Shown here in pieces: positions 29,465 to 37,578 of a stretch of 64,000 nt of DNA; the first letter of the stretch is position 1, and every line of letters starts with the position of its first letter. The position numbers were made by a program, and so were the translations under genes. The DNA is from Candidatus Shapirobacteria bacterium. GTDB taxonomy: Bacteria; Patescibacteriota; Microgenomatia; UBA12405. The stretch spans positions 5,867-69,866 of the forward strand of contig JBAYIT010000002.1 in assembly GCA_041665485.1 (NCBI GenBank). The letters run 5' to 3'. The notes under the pieces are model-generated. The model was not told the DNA's origin, made no database searches, and worked only from the letters and a program-made list of their open reading frames with translations.

Positions 29465-31034
29465 AACAAAAATAATTTTATTCTTAATTGTTCTACTTGG
29501 TTTTCTCCTAAGATTCTACCGAATAGGGGAGTATCCTCCGCTTCTTTGGGACGAAGCCGCTCTCGGTTACAATGCTTATTCACTTCTTCAAACCGGAAGG
29601 GACGAACATGGTGCCTTTTTTCCATTAATTCTCAAATCTTTTGGCGATTACAAACCGGCCATTTATTCTTATCTTTCTATTCCCTTTGTCTTCCTTTTTG
29701 GTCTTAATGAAACATCTGTCAGGCTGGTTTCTATTATTGCCGGCTGTCTTTCCCCTTTGTTTTTGTACTTTCTTATTAATAAAATCGATTCAAAAAAACA
29801 GAAAGTCGCCTTACTATCAGCTTTAGTATTGGCTGTCACTCCTTTTGCTATCCACTTTTCCCGTGGCGCTTGGGAAACTAACCTATTGGTTTTTGAAATT
29901 ATTGTTAGCCTCTATTTCTTCTTTTCCCAAAAGTTTTTTCTTTCCGCTTTTATTCTTTCTCTTTCACTTTACACCTATCAGTCAGCCAAAATGCTTGTTC
30001 CCTTTATCTTCTTACCTCTGATTCTACAATCTCTGAAACAACACCCAAAAATTATCTTTACCAAGTTCCTCATCCCAATTCTTATCTTTTCTCTCCCGCT
30101 CCTATGTGGTCTTCTGTTTTCTCAAGACTCGGGTCGTCTTAAAGTCGTTAGTCTCTTTTCCTATCCTCAAAGCCAGGAAGAGATATCAGTTATCAAAAAC
30201 GAAACGGGAAACTTTGATTATTTGCTCTTCCACAATAAATATCTAAATTTTGGCCGCCAGTTTTTAACCCGTTACTTTAATCACTTTTCTCCCCGTTTCT
30301 TATTCTTTGATGGCGATTGGCAATCTCCCCGCCATAGCGCCCCTTACATCGGCGTCCTCCTCCTCCCCTCTACCTTGTTCCTAATTTTAGGACTGATTAC
30401 TAATTACCGTTTACCAATTACCAAATTATTCCTCTACTGGCTTCTTATCGCCCCCATTCCTTCTTCTCTCACCCGCGATCTCCTTTCCGGCGTCCGCTCC
30501 CTCTTTCTTGTCATCCCTCTCACTTATTTCACTGCCCTCGGTATCCGCCGGATTACGGATCACCGTTCACGATTCACGTATCTAGTTACTAGTATCATGT
30601 TTCTAGTATCTTTAATCTATTACTCCGATCTCTACTACAGCCATATGGTCAAAAAGTCACCTTTCGATTTTCTTTATGGTAATAAGGAAGTTGCCCAATT
30701 TGTCATTAACAACCAACAAAATTACGATCGTATTTATTATTCCGACTTTTATGGCCAACCTTACATCTTCTATCTTTTCTACTCCCAATATTCCCCCAAG
30801 AAATACCAAGCCAAAAATCATTTAAGTTTATCCGGGCCAGACATTGGACATGTTGAAAAAATCGACAATATTCTTTTTGCTTCACCCGATTTCAATTTCA
30901 TTAGAAATCAACCTCAAAAAATTTTAGCCATTTTTAGTTTTGACGAAGTAGAGAGGCAGGGGATAGATAAAAAATTATTAACCCCTATTTCTACTATTGG
31001 CAATATTACCACCTACTATGCCTACTCTAATTAA
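29457..31034 (+). CDS. ArnT/PMT-like GT-C membrane glycosyltransferase (paralog 6)
   Basis: 'YPPLLWDEAALGYNAYSLLQTGRDEHGAFFPLILKSFGDYKP'. C-terminal domain 'YGNKEVAQFV...YIFYLFYSQY'. The ORF begins at 29424, but M12 at 29457 (MNKTKIILF) is the likely start. Confidence 0.7.
   Translation: MNKTKIILFLIVLLGFLLRFYRIGEYPPLLWDEAALGYNAYSLLQTGRDEHGAFFPLILKSFGDYKPAIYSYLSIPFVFLFGLNETSVRLVSIIAGCLSPLFLYFLINKIDSKKQKVALLSALVLAVTPFAIHFSRGAWETNLLVFEIIVSLYFFFSQKFFLSAFILSLSLYTYQSAKMLVPFIFLPLILQSLKQHPKIIFTKFLIPILIFSLPLLCGLLFSQDSGRLKVVSLFSYPQSQEEISVIKNETGNFDYLLFHNKYLNFGRQFLTRYFNHFSPRFLFFDGDWQSPRHSAPYIGVLLLPSTLFLILGLITNYRLPITKLFLYWLLIAPIPSSLTRDLLSGVRSLFLVIPLTYFTALGIRRITDHRSRFTYLVTSIMFLVSLIYYSDLYYSHMVKKSPFDFLYGNKEVAQFVINNQQNYDRIYYSDFYGQPYIFYLFYSQYSPKKYQAKNHLSLSGPDIGHVEKIDNILFASPDFNFIRNQPQKILAIFSFDEVERQGIDKKLLTPISTIGNITTYYAYSN
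30551..30620 (+). repeat. Degenerate 7-nt periodic array at the homologous position of paralog 29457..31034
   Basis: gattacg gatcacc gttcacg attcacg tatctag ttactag tatcatg tttctag tatcttt aatctat. Confidence 0.6.
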
Positions 31035-32607
31035 AAACAATTTTTGGTTACTACTCATTATTTTTTTGGCCGCCGTCTTGCGGTTCTACAATATTGGTAA
31101 TTATCCTACTCTTAATCCCGACGAAGCCGCTCTTGGTTACAATGCTTACTCTTTAATTCAAACCGGTAAAGACGAACACGGCGCTTCCTGGCCTCTCCAT
31201 TTTAAATCATTTGGCGACTTTAAACCCGGAGGTTACGTCTATTTAGCTATCCCTTTTATTGCCACCTTTGGTCTTACTCCACTGGCCGTTCGTCTCCCTA
31301 ATCTTCTGCTTTCGCTTTTAACCATACTTTATTTCTATAAAATAGCTTTTTTGTTCACCAAATCGCGACAAATTTCTTTGATTTCAGCTTTGTTTTTAGC
31401 CATTAACCCCTGGCATCTCCATTTTTCCCGTGGCGCTTGGGAATCATCTTCTGCTCTGGCTTTTTTAGTTATTGGTAGCTACTACTTTCTTGTTCGTCGT
31501 TATTTTCTTTTTGTTCTCACTTTTGTCGCCTCTCTCTATCTCTACCACTCTGCCCGTATCGTTGCCCCACTTCTGGCCTTGTCATATCTTTTTATTCATA
31601 AATCATATTTCATAAATCATAAATCAAAATTAATTTTCCCAATACTTATCGGTATTCTCCTCACTTTCCCCGTTCTTTTCTCATTTCTTAAAAACGGTGG
31701 TACTACCCGTTTTGGCGGTGTTGGTTTAACTGCCGACACCGGCCCGTTATCCCGTTCTGAAGAACTTCTTAATCACCACATGAGTACCGCCCTGCCTTTA
31801 AGAATTCTTCATAATCGTCGGGTACTTTATCTTATGTCTTGGGGGCAAAAATATTTTTCCCACTTTGATCTCAATTTTCTTTTTATTAATGGTGATGAAG
31901 TTCCCCGTTCCAAAGTTCCCGATATGGGCCAACTTTACCTTCTTCAACTTCCGTTTCTTCTATATGGTATTTATATTTTCTTTCAATCTAAGATCTATCA
32001 TCTAAAATCTAAGATCTTTGTATTGTCTTGGCTTTTAATCTCCCCCCTTGCCTCTTCTTTCACTTTTCAAGCCCCCTCTGCCCTCCGCGCCCTACCCCTG
32101 GTTATCCCCCTCACTTTTCTCTCCGCCCTCGGCTTTTATTGGTTTACGTATCACCTATCACGTACCTTGTACCTTGTACCTTGTACCTTGTACCTAGTCT
32201 CTTGTCTCTTCTATCTTGATTCTTATCACAATCATTATCAAAAACGCTATCCCTTTGCCTGGAATTATGGCTTTAGTCAAGTTATTCCTTACCTTAATTC
32301 CCAAAAAGACAACTATCAAAATATCTATTTTACTAACAAATACGATCAGCCCTATATTCTCTATCTCTTCTTTTCAAAGTATCCTCCGCAAAAAATTCAA
32401 TCGCAAATAAAACTCACCCCGCCCGATAAATTCGGTTTTTCCACTGTATCCCAAATCGACAACATCTACTTTGGTAAAATTGAGTGGGACAAAATTTCAA
32501 CTAACTCATTAATTATTTCTTCTCCAGACGAAAAAGCCCCAATTCCACCAATTAAAACAATTGAAGTTCAACCCAACAAAGCTGTTTTCAATATTTATCA
32601 AAAATAA
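31018..32607 (+). CDS. ArnT/PMT-like GT-C membrane glycosyltransferase (paralog 7); contains three heptanucleotide-periodic arrays
   Basis: 'YPTLNPDEAALGYNAYSLIQTGKDEHGASWPLHFKSFGDFKP'. C-terminal domain 'WNYGFSQVIPYL...YILYLFFSKY'. The ORF begins at 30997; M8 at 31018 is likely. Confidence 0.7.
   Translation: MPTLIKNNFWLLLIIFLAAVLRFYNIGNYPTLNPDEAALGYNAYSLIQTGKDEHGASWPLHFKSFGDFKPGGYVYLAIPFIATFGLTPLAVRLPNLLLSLLTILYFYKIAFLFTKSRQISLISALFLAINPWHLHFSRGAWESSSALAFLVIGSYYFLVRRYFLFVLTFVASLYLYHSARIVAPLLALSYLFIHKSYFINHKSKLIFPILIGILLTFPVLFSFLKNGGTTRFGGVGLTADTGPLSRSEELLNHHMSTALPLRILHNRRVLYLMSWGQKYFSHFDLNFLFINGDEVPRSKVPDMGQLYLLQLPFLLYGIYIFFQSKIYHLKSKIFVLSWLLISPLASSFTFQAPSALRALPLVIPLTFLSALGFYWFTYHLSRTLYLVPCTLYLVSCLFYLDSYHNHYQKRYPFAWNYGFSQVIPYLNSQKDNYQNIYFTNKYDQPYILYLFFSKYPPQKIQSQIKLTPPDKFGFSTVSQIDNIYFGKIEWDKISTNSLIISSPDEKAPIPPIKTIEVQPNKAVFNIYQK
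31596..31637 (+). repeat. Degenerate heptamer array (TCATAAA-like x6)
   Basis: tcataaa tcatatt tcataaa tcataaa tcaaaat taatttt, inside 31018..32607 (encodes 'FIHKSYFINHKSKLI'). Confidence 0.65.
31987..32021 (+). repeat. Degenerate heptamer array (ATCTAAG-like x5)
   Basis: atctaag atctatc atctaaa atctaag atctttg, inside 31018..32607 (encodes 'QSKIYHLKSKIF'). Confidence 0.65.
32149..32217 (+). repeat. Heptanucleotide-periodic tandem array including perfect (GTACCTT)x4
   Basis: tatcacc tatcacg gtacctt x4 gtaccta gtctctt gtctctt ctatctt, inside the ArnT-like paralog 31018..32607 (translated '...YHLSRTLYLVPCTLYLVSCLFYL'). Confidence 0.85.
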
Positions 32608-33390
32608 ATGAAAAAACCAACAATTTCCATTGCCATCGCCACCTACAATGAAGCTGACAACATTAAACAATGCCTCAAAGCTGTTGTCGATTGGGCTGAT
32701 GAAATCGTCATTTACGATGCTGAATCCATTGACGATACCGTCAAAATCATTAATACTTTCCCCAAAACCAAACTAATCACTGGCCCCAACCATCCTATCT
32801 TTCATATTAATAAGCAACGAGCTATTGACGTTTGTAAATCTGATTGGATTCTCCAGCTTGATGCTGATGAGATTGTCACTCCAGAGCTTAAGTCAGAAAT
32901 TTTGACCACCATTTCAAATAACCCTTCAGAAAATGGTTTTTGGATCGACCGTAAAAATTATTTTCTTGGACGATTCTTAACCAAAGGTGGCGTTTACCCA
33001 GATCCAACTATCCGTCTTTATCGTCGCAATAAAGGCAAATTACCATGTAAAGATGTTCACGAACAGGCAAGAATAATTGGTAGTGTTGGCCATCTTAAAT
33101 CCGACCTTCTCCACTATGCTGACCCTTCTTTTCAACGTTACTTAATGCGCAACAATCGCTACACTGGCCTAATTGCCACCGAATTAGAATCCCAAAAAGT
33201 TCCTCTTAATTTATTCTTCGGCCTAAATTATTTTCTTCTCAAGCCTATTATTAACTTTTTTTCTACTTATTTTCGCCACAAGGGTTTTGCTGATGGTTTT
33301 CCCGGGTTTATCTTTTCTTGGTATTCGTCTCTTCGCTTTCCTATTTCTTTTATCAAATATTGGGAATTAAAAAATGGCAAAACAGATTAA
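32608..33390 (+). CDS. GT2 glycosyltransferase with C-terminal hydrophobic segment (ArnC-like)
   Basis: 'ISIAIATYNEADNIKQCL...DEIVIYDAESIDDT' and 'DADE' DXD. C-terminal 'LFFGLNYFLLKPIINFF'. Confidence 0.7.
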   Translation: MKKPTISIAIATYNEADNIKQCLKAVVDWADEIVIYDAESIDDTVKIINTFPKTKLITGPNHPIFHINKQRAIDVCKSDWILQLDADEIVTPELKSEILTTISNNPSENGFWIDRKNYFLGRFLTKGGVYPDPTIRLYRRNKGKLPCKDVHEQARIIGSVGHLKSDLLHYADPSFQRYLMRNNRYTGLIATELESQKVPLNLFFGLNYFLLKPIINFFSTYFRHKGFADGFPGFIFSWYSSLRFPISFIKYWELKNGKTD

Positions 33391-34447
33391 AGTTGCTCTT
33401 GACATATCTCCCCTCAAAGATGGCAACGCCAACCGTGGCATGGGCTATTATGTCCGCAACTTACTCACCGCCATGCAATCACAAATCTCCTCCAACCCCA
33501 ACTTCAAAAACTTTAAAATTTCAGAAGTTAGAAATTGGAAATTAGAAATTGGAAATTTTGATTTACTCCATATTCCTTACTTCAACCCTTTCTCCCCCTC
33601 CTATCCTATTCATCTCCAAATACCCACAGTCATTACTGTCCCTGACTTAATTCCTATCGCTTACAAAAAACATTACACAGTTGGCATCAAAGGCACACTC
33701 AATTGGTGGCGACAAAAACTATTTCTCAAAAATATTCCCTATATTATCACTATCGCTCACTCTCAAAAATATATCATTCATAAAATTACTGGCTATCCGC
33801 TTGATCGCATTTACGTCACATGGCTAGCTGCCGCCAGCCACTTCAAGCCGGAAACTTCAAAAATAAAACTAAATCAAATTAAGAAAAAATATAATCTGCC
33901 AGACAAATTTGTTCTCTATGTTGGTGATATTAACTGGAATAAAAACATTCCTCGTCTTGTTAGTAGTTGCCTCGATTTAAAATATCCATTAGTTATTGTC
34001 GGTAGCTCCGCCACTAGAAAAAATATTACCGATCATCCTTGGAATCAAGATTTACTTTGGGTCCAATCTCACTCCAATCAAATCACTTTAACTGGTTTTG
34101 TCCCCGACGAAGATATACCTGTCATTTATTCTTTGGCCACTATTTACTGTCAACCATCATATTCCGAAGGTTTTGGTCTACCCTTAGTTGAAGCCATGAA
34201 AACCGGCTGTCCTGTCAGCTATAGTCAAGAGCCAACTTGTCAGGAAATTATGGATTATCACGGTGATTTTTTTGATCCTAACTCTACTGCCGGTCTTAAA
34301 GATTCTCTTAAGAGGCTCTGGTCAGATCCTGAACTTAGGAAAAAGTTAGCAATCGAGGGATTAAAACATTCGCAAATCTTCGACTGGAAACTAACAGCCA
34401 TTCAAACTCTCACTCTTTATTCCCAAATCTACCATGAAAATCACTGA
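33374..34447 (+). CDS. GT4 (GT-B fold) glycosyltransferase
   Basis: 'CQPSYSEGFGLPLVEAMKTGCPVSYS' EX7E region. Carries a GG(A/T)AATT heptamer array at 33523..33557. Confidence 0.7.
   Translation: MAKQIKVALDISPLKDGNANRGMGYYVRNLLTAMQSQISSNPNFKNFKISEVRNWKLEIGNFDLLHIPYFNPFSPSYPIHLQIPTVITVPDLIPIAYKKHYTVGIKGTLNWWRQKLFLKNIPYIITIAHSQKYIIHKITGYPLDRIYVTWLAAASHFKPETSKIKLNQIKKKYNLPDKFVLYVGDINWNKNIPRLVSSCLDLKYPLVIVGSSATRKNITDHPWNQDLLWVQSHSNQITLTGFVPDEDIPVIYSLATIYCQPSYSEGFGLPLVEAMKTGCPVSYSQEPTCQEIMDYHGDFFDPNSTAGLKDSLKRLWSDPELRKKLAIEGLKHSQIFDWKLTAIQTLTLYSQIYHENH
33523..33557 (+). repeat. Heptamer array (AGAAATT/GGAAATT) x5, with a perfect 14-mer x2
   Basis: agaagtt agaaatt ggaaatt agaaatt ggaaatt, inside GT4 33374..34447 (encodes 'EVRNWKLEIGNF'). 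Confidence 0.8.
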
Positions 34448-35237
34448 GCACTTCCTTTCAGTCATCATCCCTATCTATAAACAAGAGAAAACTATTTTGA
34501 CCGATATTACCAATATTCAAAAAACTCTTGATCAAATCCGCTACGATTACGAAATTATCGCCGTAGTTGACGGTAAAAATATCGATCGATCTTATCAAAT
34601 TCTTAAGAAAGCCAAAATTCCCAAAGTTAAAATTTACGGTTACCCCAACAATTATGGTAAAGGTTACGCTGTCCGTTTTGGTATGGCCAAAACTAAGGGC
34701 GACTATGTTGCCTTTATTGATGCCGGTATGGAAATCGACCCTAACGGCATTTCCATGATTCTCGAGCACATGGAGTGGTACAACGCCGATATTATTGTTG
34801 CCTCAAAAAGGCACCCCGCCTCTCAAGTTAAATACCCGTTAGATCGCCAAATTGTTAGTTTCGGCGCCCATCTTATCGCCAGATTTTTGCTCGGCATTAA
34901 TGTTCACGACACTCAAGCCGGTCTTAAAATATTCAAAAGATCAGTTTTGGTAAAGGTTCTTCCTCGACTTTTGGTAAAAAATTATGCTTTTGATTTAGAA
35001 ATATTATCAGTTTCTAATCGCCTTGGTTTTAATCGTATCTTCGAGGCCCCCATTAAACTTAGTTATGCCTTTGATAGTCTAACTCACGCCGGTAGTTACA
35101 AAACTATTATTAGATGTTTTATTGAATCTCTAGCTGTTTTTTATCGTCTAAATATCATTAAATTTTATGATGACAACAACAAGCGACAATGGGTGTTTAA
35201 TAAAGACCTACAAATGAGAATTAATACCGGCCGATGA
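34434..35237 (+). CDS. GT2 glycosyltransferase, DPM1/GtrB-like (candidate polyprenyl-phosphate hexose synthase)
   Basis: 'LSVIIPIYKQE...YEIIAVVDGKNIDRS...YGYPNNYGKGYAVRFGMAKTKGDYVAFIDAGMEIDP' is the typical DPM1/GtrB-like GT2 core. Confidence 0.65.
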   Translation: MKITEHFLSVIIPIYKQEKTILTDITNIQKTLDQIRYDYEIIAVVDGKNIDRSYQILKKAKIPKVKIYGYPNNYGKGYAVRFGMAKTKGDYVAFIDAGMEIDPNGISMILEHMEWYNADIIVASKRHPASQVKYPLDRQIVSFGAHLIARFLLGINVHDTQAGLKIFKRSVLVKVLPRLLVKNYAFDLEILSVSNRLGFNRIFEAPIKLSYAFDSLTHAGSYKTIIRCFIESLAVFYRLNIIKFYDDNNKRQWVFNKDLQMRINTGR

Positions 35238-36151
35238 AACCCCTATTCTCTGTAATTATTCCCGTTCGTCATCCTACCGACTATCTTGAAGAGACAGTCA
35301 GGGCCCTCGACAAGCAGTCTCTTAACAACTTTGAACTCCTAGTTATTACCGACAAAATAGCCGGTAATGTCTCACCGGCAATTAAGCGTAATCTTGGTGC
35401 CAAGATGGCCAAAGGAGAATATCTTGCCTTTCTCGACGACGATTCTTATCCTTCTTCTGATTGGCTCAAAAACGCCCGAAAACACTTTTCCAAAAATATC
35501 ACTGCCGTCTGTGGCCCTTGTTTAACACCTCCAAGTGATGATGTTTTTCGCCAAGCGTCTGGTCTCGTTTGGTCTAGTTTTCTTGGCAGTGGTGGGGCAG
35601 GGGAGTATCGTAATAATATTGCCAAACCTCGATTTGTCGACGATTTTCCTTCTGTCAATTTGATAGTCAAAAAAAGTGATTTTTTAGAAGTTAAAGGCTT
35701 TAATACTCATCACTGGCCGGGAGAAGACACTATTCTTTGTTTAGATCTGACCCACAAACTTCATAAAAAAATCTTCTATCATCCTAGCGTTCAAGTTTTC
35801 CATCACCGCCGAAAAGTTATAATCCCCCATCTTCAACAAATCACCCGCTACGCTATTCATCGTGGTCTTTTTGCTAAAATCTACCCCCAAACTAGCCTTC
35901 GAATTGGTTACATTCTCCCCTCCCTCTTTATTATATATTTATTATTATTGCCGTTATTGCCAAAGACATTTTTAATTCCACTATTTATCTATCTGCTTCT
36001 ACTTCTATTTACTTTTTTCAATTTTATTTTAAAAAATAGCCTTATCGTTTCTCTTTTGGCTACTATCACCATTCCCATTACTCACCTTTATTATGGTATA
36101 TTTTTCATCCGTGGTTTATTCAAAAATGAACTAAAGTTTATCCCCCTATGA
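35234..36151 (+). CDS. GT2 glycosyltransferase with C-terminal TM helices
   Basis: 'LFSVIIPVRHPTDYLEETVRALDKQSL..FELLVITD' and 'FLDDDSYP' DXD. The C-terminal approx. 90 aa are strongly hydrophobic. Confidence 0.7.
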   Translation: MKPLFSVIIPVRHPTDYLEETVRALDKQSLNNFELLVITDKIAGNVSPAIKRNLGAKMAKGEYLAFLDDDSYPSSDWLKNARKHFSKNITAVCGPCLTPPSDDVFRQASGLVWSSFLGSGGAGEYRNNIAKPRFVDDFPSVNLIVKKSDFLEVKGFNTHHWPGEDTILCLDLTHKLHKKIFYHPSVQVFHHRRKVIIPHLQQITRYAIHRGLFAKIYPQTSLRIGYILPSLFIIYLLLLPLLPKTFLIPLFIYLLLLLFTFFNFILKNSLIVSLLATITIPITHLYYGIFFIRGLFKNELKFIPL

Positions 36152-37578
36152 AAATAGCTATTTCATATCCGCCGTTAGATTCATCAAAGGGCTCTGCCTT
36201 TCTTTCTCAAAATCGCCAGTTTCAGTGGACAAACACCGGTAATATTATTTATCCGGTTATCGCTGCTTATGCCGCTACTCTCCTCCAAAAACTTGGCCAT
36301 CAAGTATTTTGGGACGATGCCATTGTTCAAAAACTTGACTATCAAACCTGGCTTAATCGTCTTATCAGACAAAAACCAGATCTCATCGTTATTGAATCCA
36401 AAACTCCGGTTATTAAACTCCATTGGCAAATCATTAAAGACCTAAAAAGAAGGAATTTGGAAATTGGTAATTGGAAATTGGTTATTTGTTTAATTGGCGA
36501 TCATGTTTCCGCTCTCCCTGAAGAATCAATTAAAAATTCCCCCGTCGACTTCGTTTTAGTCGGCGGTGACTACGATTTCTTGCTTGAAAAACTAGTTAAT
36601 CTCTTGTCCAAAAATAAAATACCAAAAAACAAAATTATAAAAGTTAGCCCAACACACAATCTTGATTCGCTCCCCATAATCGACCGAAAACTAACCCAAT
36701 GGCATCTTTATGCCTACAACAACACCAACTATAAATATAAGCCTGGAGCCTACATCATGTCTGGTCGTGACTGCTGGTGGGGGAGTTGTACTTTCTGTTC
36801 TTGGACATCTCTTTTTCCCGGAAAAACATTCCGTAAATTCAGCGTCGACCACACTATCTCTGAAATCGAAAACTTAGTTAACAATTTTGGTGTCAAAGAA
36901 ATTTTTGATGACTCCGGCACTCTTCCCACTGGCCAATGGCTTGAAAACTTATGTCATCAATTAATTGATAAAAAGTTAAGTCAAAAAGTTAAACTCGGTT
37001 GCAATATGCGTTTTGGTGCTTTGAACCAAGAACAATACTATCTAATGAAACAAGCCGGCTTTCGTTTAGTGCTTTATGGCCTTGAATCGGCTAATCAAAA
37101 AACACTTGACTTAATTAATAAAAATGAAAAGACTTCTGATGCTATTAAAACCTTGCAAATGGCCAAAAAGGCCGGCCTTGAACCACATATCACCGTCATG
37201 ATCGGCTATCCTTGGGAAACTGAATCGGATGCCATCAAAACTCTCAATCTTGCTCGTAAAATTTTTCGAGAAGGGTTGGCCGATAGTATCCAAGCCACCC
37301 GAATTATTCCCTATCCGGGCACGGTTCTCTTTAATCAATCCCTCAAAAATAATTGGCTTTTATCTAAAGATTGGCAGGATTATGACATGCGCCAAAGTAT
37401 CATCAAATCACCCATCAGCTCTGCAAAACAAGAAAAACTAATACTTAGCCTTTTTAAGGGTGTTCTCACTCCTAATTTTCTTATTCGCAAAATCCTTTCC
37501 GTTCGGTCTCTTTATGATATTAAGTTTCTTACTGGCTATGCCATCAAATACCTCCAAAAAATCAGGGATTTTAAATAA
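36148..37578 (+). CDS. B12-binding-domain radical SAM enzyme (class B rSAM)
   Basis: N-terminal cobalamin-binding-like domain ('DFVLVGGDYDF') followed by 'SGRDCWWGSCTFCSW' (CxxxCxxC). 476 aa. Carries a GG(A/T)AATT heptamer array at 36453..36487. Confidence 0.7.
   Translation: MKIAISYPPLDSSKGSAFLSQNRQFQWTNTGNIIYPVIAAYAATLLQKLGHQVFWDDAIVQKLDYQTWLNRLIRQKPDLIVIESKTPVIKLHWQIIKDLKRRNLEIGNWKLVICLIGDHVSALPEESIKNSPVDFVLVGGDYDFLLEKLVNLLSKNKIPKNKIIKVSPTHNLDSLPIIDRKLTQWHLYAYNNTNYKYKPGAYIMSGRDCWWGSCTFCSWTSLFPGKTFRKFSVDHTISEIENLVNNFGVKEIFDDSGTLPTGQWLENLCHQLIDKKLSQKVKLGCNMRFGALNQEQYYLMKQAGFRLVLYGLESANQKTLDLINKNEKTSDAIKTLQMAKKAGLEPHITVMIGYPWETESDAIKTLNLARKIFREGLADSIQATRIIPYPGTVLFNQSLKNNWLLSKDWQDYDMRQSIIKSPISSAKQEKLILSLFKGVLTPNFLIRKILSVRSLYDIKFLTGYAIKYLQKIRDFK
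36453..36487 (+). repeat. Heptamer array GG(A/T)AATT x5
   Basis: ggaattt ggaaatt ggtaatt ggaaatt ggttatt, inside the rSAM gene 36148..37578 (encodes 'RNLEIGNWKLVI'). Same unit as 33523..33557. Confidence 0.75.

Noticed and set aside
32149-32217. Interpreting the heptamer array purely as a CRISPR-like or regulatory element
   Set aside because: Units are 7 nt with no spacers and lie inside an intact ORF. This is consistent with a microsatellite or contingency repeat or low-complexity coding, not a CRISPR array or riboswitch.
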